From a virus (Duplodnaviria > Caudoviricetes), in IMG/VR virus record IMGVR_UViG_3300034095_001474, positions 1-64,000 of that record: a DNA stretch of 64,000 bases; one strand, 5' to 3'. Made by a program: the position numbers and the translations under genes. Positions 62,917-64,000 of the stretch are shown here, piece by piece. The first letter of the stretch is position 1; each line of letters begins with the position of its first letter. Under the pieces are notes generated by a model. It saw only the letters and a program-made list of their open reading frames with translations. It did no database searches and had not been told where the DNA came from.

Positions 62917-63954
62917 TTAATTTAAACAAAAAATACCTAAATCACCCATTGTTGTTCTTTTCTCAAAAATCTTTGTTTCAAAACACATCAGTGCATTCTC
63001 GAATGTTCTAATGTTTTTATTGATAAAAATTAATTGAATATCAATTTCTGATACTTCATCAACAAATTCTCCAAATTCACTTGCATCGTTGATATACTCA
63101 TTTCTTAATTCAACTAAATCTTCTTTGATTTCTTTTAAATCAATAGTAATACCCCAAGCAGTACTGTGTGTCATAGATTCATATATAACATCTAATTCAA
63201 ATAAAGTAGTATCTAATTTCATAATTTCTAATTTTTTTATAAAGGTACGGATTTTTTTTTACTTACGCAAACTTTTAACCAATTATTTTTGGTTCTATTT
63301 CATACATTGGATAATCAACCTTGTTTATTGAAGTAAAATGTTCATGTTGTGCTTCATTCAATACCACATTAACCTTGTATGCTAACATTTTCTTCAACAC
63401 AAGTATATCAAATAACTCATGATGTATGTTTTCTAGGTCCAATCCATCATAAATCTTTAAATCTTTATGTAATTGTATCTCTCTCAACGTCAATGCGTGT
63501 AAGATAATGTCTTTTTGACCTTTTGGTAACTCTTGTACTATAGTTTTCATATTATTTGTTTTTGATTATGATACAAATGTAAGTATTATATATTGATTAT
63601 CCAAATAAAAATCCAGGTTTTTTTAAAAAATAATTAAATATGACCTAATTCTTTGTGTATTTTAGTCAAACCTAACCCCTCTACATTCATATGTCCACTT
63701 GCAACAATCCATGATATGATAAAAATTATAATCATTGCACAAAAAAAGATAGCATATCTATTAAAAACATCATCAGTAGCAGCATTTATTACGTTTATTA
63801 TAAATTTACCAAATAATGTCATCACTACTATAACAGAAATGCATGCCATATGCATACAAACCAATGAAACCAAGGTATCTGCTTCGATAAAAAAGTTAAG
63901 TATTAAACTCATTATCCAACCATTGGTACAATCATATATAAAATAACCACTCAA
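62917..63954 (-). CDS. three hypothetical genes: 62917-63222, 63275-63550, 63634-63954 (membrane)
   Basis: ORF track. Confidence 0.5.
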
Positions 63955-64000
63955 TATTGGAATGGCTAAGTATATAAAGTTGAACTTACCAGTAAAATGT

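Noticed and set aside
1-64000. Alternative genetic code (stop-codon recoding)
   Set aside because: Long conserved ORFs are uninterrupted under the standard code, and TAA, TAG and TGA all occur as terminal stops.

Overview
AT-rich 64-kb segment that reads as part of a large lytic dsDNA (jumbo-type) phage of a Bacteroidota host. Basis: dense small hypothetical ORFs; phage accessory genes (ClpC-like ATPase, thioredoxin, ABC-ATPase/GNAT pair, YkuK RNase H-like, nucleotidyltransferase, PcfJ-like, ArdC-like, 3D domain, DUF932, DenV-like glycosylase, SET domain, 5'(3')-deoxyribonucleotidase); about 50 Bacteroidota sigma70-type promoters (TTTG-N20-TAnnTTTG); A-rich leaders without obvious Shine-Dalgarno sequences. 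No capsid, terminase, polymerase, rRNA, integrase or CRISPR array is visible. The window has three zones. (1) 1-21.6 kb: mixed-strand genes, many with an ATATTTATA upstream motif and N-terminal (I/L/V)-x-E leaders. (2) 21.9-47.3 kb: an array of mostly minus-strand promoter+small-gene cassettes (putative early/host-takeover module), bounded by a G-tract element on the left and parS sites on the right. (3) 47.6-64 kb: a minus-strand run of small hypothetical genes. The most striking unexplained signal is a family of 10 dispersed, individually promoted ~55-70 nt structured non-coding RNAs (CGGGT-[covarying hairpin]-AGAGAGTAGACTCC) in zone 2. Other unusual signals: three tRNA-shaped RNAs whose anticodon loop is replaced by a long insert, three canonical parS sites, a palindrome filling the spacer of 10 promoters, a 20-bp palindrome family, and a probable -1 frameshift fusing the ATPase to the GNAT. 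All protein calls are from motif recognition by eye; no database searches were run.
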